Below are positions 60,268-64,000 of a stretch of 64,000 bases of DNA, one piece after another. Positions within the stretch are counted from its first letter, which is position 1. Every line of letters begins with the position of its first letter. Under the pieces are notes generated by a model. It worked only from the letters and a program-made list of their open reading frames with translations, was not told where the DNA came from and did no database searches. The position numbers and the translations under genes are program-made. The stretch covers positions 8,612,990 to 8,676,989 of the forward strand of contig MU059330.1 in NCBI GenBank assembly GCA_013265495.1, written 5' to 3'. Source of the DNA: Vicugna vicugna (taxonomy: Eukaryota).

Positions 60268-62245
60268 CAAAATACTACAGCTGATAACAGAATTCAGTGA
60301 GGCAGCAGGACACAAGATCAGCATACAGAAACCAGTAGCGTTTCTTTACACTAACAAGGAAATATCAGAAAAGGAAAGTAAAGAAATAATCCGTTTTAAA
60401 ATTGCATCCAAAAAAATAAAATACTTAGGAATAAATCTGACCAAGGAAGTGAAAGACTTGTATGTGGAACAAAACACTGACTAAGGAAATNNNNNNNNNN
60501 NNNNNNNNNNNNNNNNNNNNNNNNNNNNNNNNNNNNNNNNNNNNNNNNNNNNNNNNNNNNNNNNNNNNNNNNNNNNNNNNNNNNNNNNNNNNNNNNNNNN
60601 NNNNNNNNNNNNNNNNNNNNTTTTTCACAAAACTGGAACAAATCATCCTAAAATTTATATGGAATCACAAAAGACCCAGAACTGCCAGAACATTACTGAA
60701 TAAAAAGAATGAAGTTGGAAGAATAACCTTCACAGACTTCAGACAATACTACAGAGCTACAGTAATCAAAACAGCATGTGTTGGTACAAAAACAGGCATA
60801 TAGATTAATGGAAAAGAATAGAGAGCCTAGAAATGAACTCACAAATTTTTGGTCAATTAATCTTTGACAAAGGAGGCAAGAACTTACAATGGAATAAAGA
60901 CAGTCTCTTCAGCAAATGGTGTTGGGAAACAGGACAGCTGCATGTATATCAATGAAGTTAGAATACTCCCTCATACCATACACAAAAATAAACTCAAAAT
61001 GATTTAAAGATGTAAACATAAGACAAGACAATTAATCTCCTAGAAGAAAACATAGGCAAAACATTCTCTGACATACATCTCAACAATGTTCTCTTAGGGC
61101 AGTCTACCCAAGCAATAGAAATAAAAGCAAAAATAAATAAATGGGACCTAGTTAAACTTACAAGCTTTTACACAGCAAAGGAAACCATAAGCAAAACAAA
61201 ATGACAACCTATGGAATTGGAGAAAATATTTGCAAAAGATGAGACTGACAAGGGCTTAATTTCCAGAATATATAAACAGCTCATACAACTTAATAAGAAA
61301 AAACCAAACATCCCAATTCAAAAATGAGCAGAAGACCAAAAAAAAAAATTCTCCAGTGAAGACATATGAATGGCCAATAGACACATGAAAAAAATGCTCA
61401 ATATCACTAATTATCAGAGAAATGCAAATCAAAGCTACAATGAGGTATCACCTAACATCAGTCAGAATGGCCATCATTCAAAAGTCTACAAACGATAAAC
61501 ACTGGAGAGGCCATGGAGAAAAGGGAACCCTCCCTCCTATACTGCTGGTGGGAATGTAGTATGGTGAAGCCATTATGGAAAACAGTATGGAGATTCCTCA
61601 AAAACTAAAAATAGACTTACCATATGATCCAGCAATCCCACTACTGGACATATATCCAGATGGAACCTTAATTTAAAAAGANNNNNNNNNNNNNNNNNNN
61701 NNNNNNNNNNNNNNNNNNNNNNNNNNNNNNNNNNNNNNNNNNNNNNNNNNNNNNNNNNNNNNNNNNNNNNNNNNNNNNNNNNNNNNNNNNNNNNNNNNNN
61801 NNNNNNNNNNNNNNNNNNNNNNNNNNNNNNNNNNNNNNNNNNNNNNNNNNNNNNNNNNNNNNNNNNNNNNNNNNNNNNNNNNNNNNNNNNNNNNNNNNNN
61901 NNNNNNNNNNNNNNNNNNNNNNNNNNNNNNNNNNNNNNNNNNNNNNNNCTTATTTACAAAACAGAAACAGATTCATAGACATAGATGGGGGAAAGAGGGT
62001 GGGAAGCAATAAATTGGGAGTTCGAGATTTGCAGACTGACTGGCATATATAAAATAGATGAGCAAGTTTCTACTGTATAGCACAGGGAACTATATTAGAT
62101 GTCTTGTAGTAGCTTATGGTGAAAAAGAATATGAAAATGAATGTATGTATATTCACGTATGACTGAAGTGTTGTGCTGTACACCAGAAATTGACACAGCA
62201 TTATAAACTGACTGTACTTCGATAAAAACAAATAAATAAGTAAAA
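60268..62245 (+). mobile_element. About 2-kb 5'-truncated, frameshifted camelid-type L1 (ORF2 3' half and 3' UTR), with N gaps 60491-60620 and 61682-61948
   Basis: ORF 60462..60803 reads [52 protein letters not shown] (L1 ORF2) then shifts frame; 3' UTR and A-rich tail present. Confidence 0.95.
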
Positions 62246-62589
62246 TGGGAGTGATTTCTGTCTCCTAGCTGTGGGAGTACAAATGAGACCACATCTGGGA
62301 AGACTGTTCCCTAAAGAGTTACAAGCATGTTTATGGCATTAAAACTTACAGTCTGTTTTGCTGACCAAAGTCTTTATTTTCAATTTTCCCCTCTCTGTGA
62401 GAAATATTATTGGTGCCTAAAATATGAAAGTTTGAGGAACTTTATTACTAGCCTGAAGCTATGTTGTCTCCTTGGCATATCACAAACAGAGACTGTAAAT
62501 GTTACAATATGTGTTTGGGCGACAAAATCTAACTGGGAATGACAGTGTAGCAGCCTGTACGTTGTCTCTCACCATGAACCCACCCAAGC

Positions 62590-62770
62590 TCGTTGCATCC
62601 TTAAACCATGCCTACTGAGGTAGGTCCCAGTATTATCCTACCTCTCAGATGAGAAAACTGGAGCTCCGAGGTGTTAAGCAACTTTCCTGAAGCCACGTGG
62701 TTAATGAGTGATGGGCCAGGATCTGCACCGAGGCCAGTCTGCTCCACAGTGGTGTTCCTGGCCGCCGTGC
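62590..62770 (-). mobile_element. MIR
   Basis: attatcctacctctcagatgagaaaactggagctccgaggtgttaagcaactttcctgaagccac. Confidence 0.8.
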
Positions 62771-62964
62771 TCTGATTCCTGGAAATGAGACATTTCTGTT
62801 TATTCCTCAGCATTAGTTACACTCCACCACCATCCGGTGCAGCGTGGAGATCCCTGATCAGGCAGCTAGAATGGTCTTGATTAGGACAAAAACACACACA
62901 CAGTCACCCATCCCTCTGGCTGGTGATTTACTCAGGCTGGCCCAACCCCATGCAGGTCATTGCA

Positions 62965-63075
62965 ATGGGAGGAATTAATTGATTACATTCCATTTCTCAT
63001 CCCCTAAAATGGGGTTAATAATTGCAGCTATTGTGTAGGTCGTTAATGAGGATTGAGTGAGTTCATTTAGAAGGA
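62965..63075 (+). mobile_element. MIR fragment
   Basis: ccatttctcatcccctaaaatggggttaataat...taatgaggattgagtgag. Confidence 0.65.
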
Positions 63076-63824
63076 GAGCTGGCTCTAGATCAATGTTGGC
63101 TTTTAGTTCTTCTACAAATTAATATCCATTGATGATTACAATGGATGGAGCTTTCTGCTGCAATTGTTTGGAAGAAATATTTTGATTTAAAAAAAGCCAC
63201 GTCAAGTAGTGAGAGGGACTCCAGGGACACTCGCAGAGTGGATTCTCTGGAAGAAACACAGAAAGGGAAAGAGAAGCCCTGAGACCTTGTCTAGGAGGGC
63301 AGAACTCGGCTGGCAAAACCCCTAGAGTTGAATGTGAGGAAGAGGAACTTGGATTCTTAAATTGTTTAGGGAATTTACTAGGAAACCTCCCCTTAGTCTC
63401 AGCTTGACTCAGAGAGACTGGTCGGAAATGAACTTGGTGACCACTGAACGTGCTCACTCTGTGTTTGGAGGTGAGTCAGGGGGGCGCATCGCCAGACCAG
63501 GATCGAAGGACAAACAGGGCCGAGGACAGGATTTCGGGGGAAATACTAAGTTAGAAGTTTCTCTGTTATGGATAAATTTCGTTAGGATAGTGTCTCTGAT
63601 TGAGGGTGCATGGTAGTAATGAATGACCAGGAAATGCAATATTCTGAAAGCTCTGTAAAAGCAGCCTTAAGGGGAAAATAAGATTGCTACTGAAGTAAAC
63701 ACAGCACCAGTGGCCGATGTGGGAGAACCAGGTTTCACTATAGTTGTAATTCCCTCACTTAATGAAAAATTCCTTCATAATATTAACTAATATTAAAACA
63801 TTTTGGTTACACCAATAGGTTATA

Positions 63825-63925
63825 CATTTACTCAATCAATGAACCTTTCTTACACACACTTTATGCCAGGTATCCTGCCCAGTGCTGGGAAGACGGTGAT
63901 TAATTGGTCAGGGTCTCTGTTCACA
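63825..63925 (-). mobile_element. L2 3' end fragment
   Basis: catttactcaatcaatgaac...actttatgccaggtatcctgcccagtgctgggaagac. Confidence 0.6.
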
Positions 63926-64000
63926 ATGAGGTCACGCCGAGCAACTCTGCAGGAGAGGAAGCAATACCGTGCGGTCAGCATGAAGGGCTCGGAGAGCAGC

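Noticed and set aside
60462-60803. Active L1 ORF2
   Set aside because: 5'-truncated, frameshifted and partly N; not competent for retrotransposition.
1-64000. A novel multi-gene or prokaryote-style system (CRISPR array, operon, defence island, endogenous virus with ORFs)
   Set aside because: The window is explained by a spliced mammalian gene and common eutherian repeats. I saw no repeat-spacer array, no long unexplained ORF and no gag/pol/env-like sequence.

Overview
This is mammalian genomic DNA from a draft assembly with four N gaps. It is most likely a camelid (alpaca, llama or camel), judged from two Vic-1-type tRNA-derived SINEs and the shape of the young L1 3' ends. The window holds the 3' part of SEMA5A (semaphorin-5A) on the + strand. 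Positions 1-17276 are the distal part of a long intron. Seven coding exons follow (17277-17502, 20399-20617, 26393-26563, 28098-28253, 29961-30008, 34806-35017, 38483-38602). They have canonical GT-AG borders and splice into one continuous frame encoding thrombospondin type-1 repeats, a stalk, the transmembrane helix and the cytoplasmic tail ending NNYDDY*. A 3' UTR of about 7.4 kb probably ends near 46000, followed by about 18 kb of intergenic DNA. The rest is ordinary eutherian repeat content (L1 of several ages, L2, MIR, MaLR LTRs, MER5A, MER53, Tigger MITEs, microsatellites); subfamily names come from my recall of consensus sequences, not a search. I found no new gene or novel multi-gene system. 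The best leads are: two strong unused downstream 5' splice sites that would swap the SEMA5A cytoplasmic tail without triggering NMD; intronic polyadenylation signals in the last intron; a NAGNAG acceptor on the 48-nt stalk exon; a MER53 hairpin with a miR-1302-like arm; patches of strong AT-to-GC drift in old L1 fossils; and an unidentified motif present in three dispersed copies.
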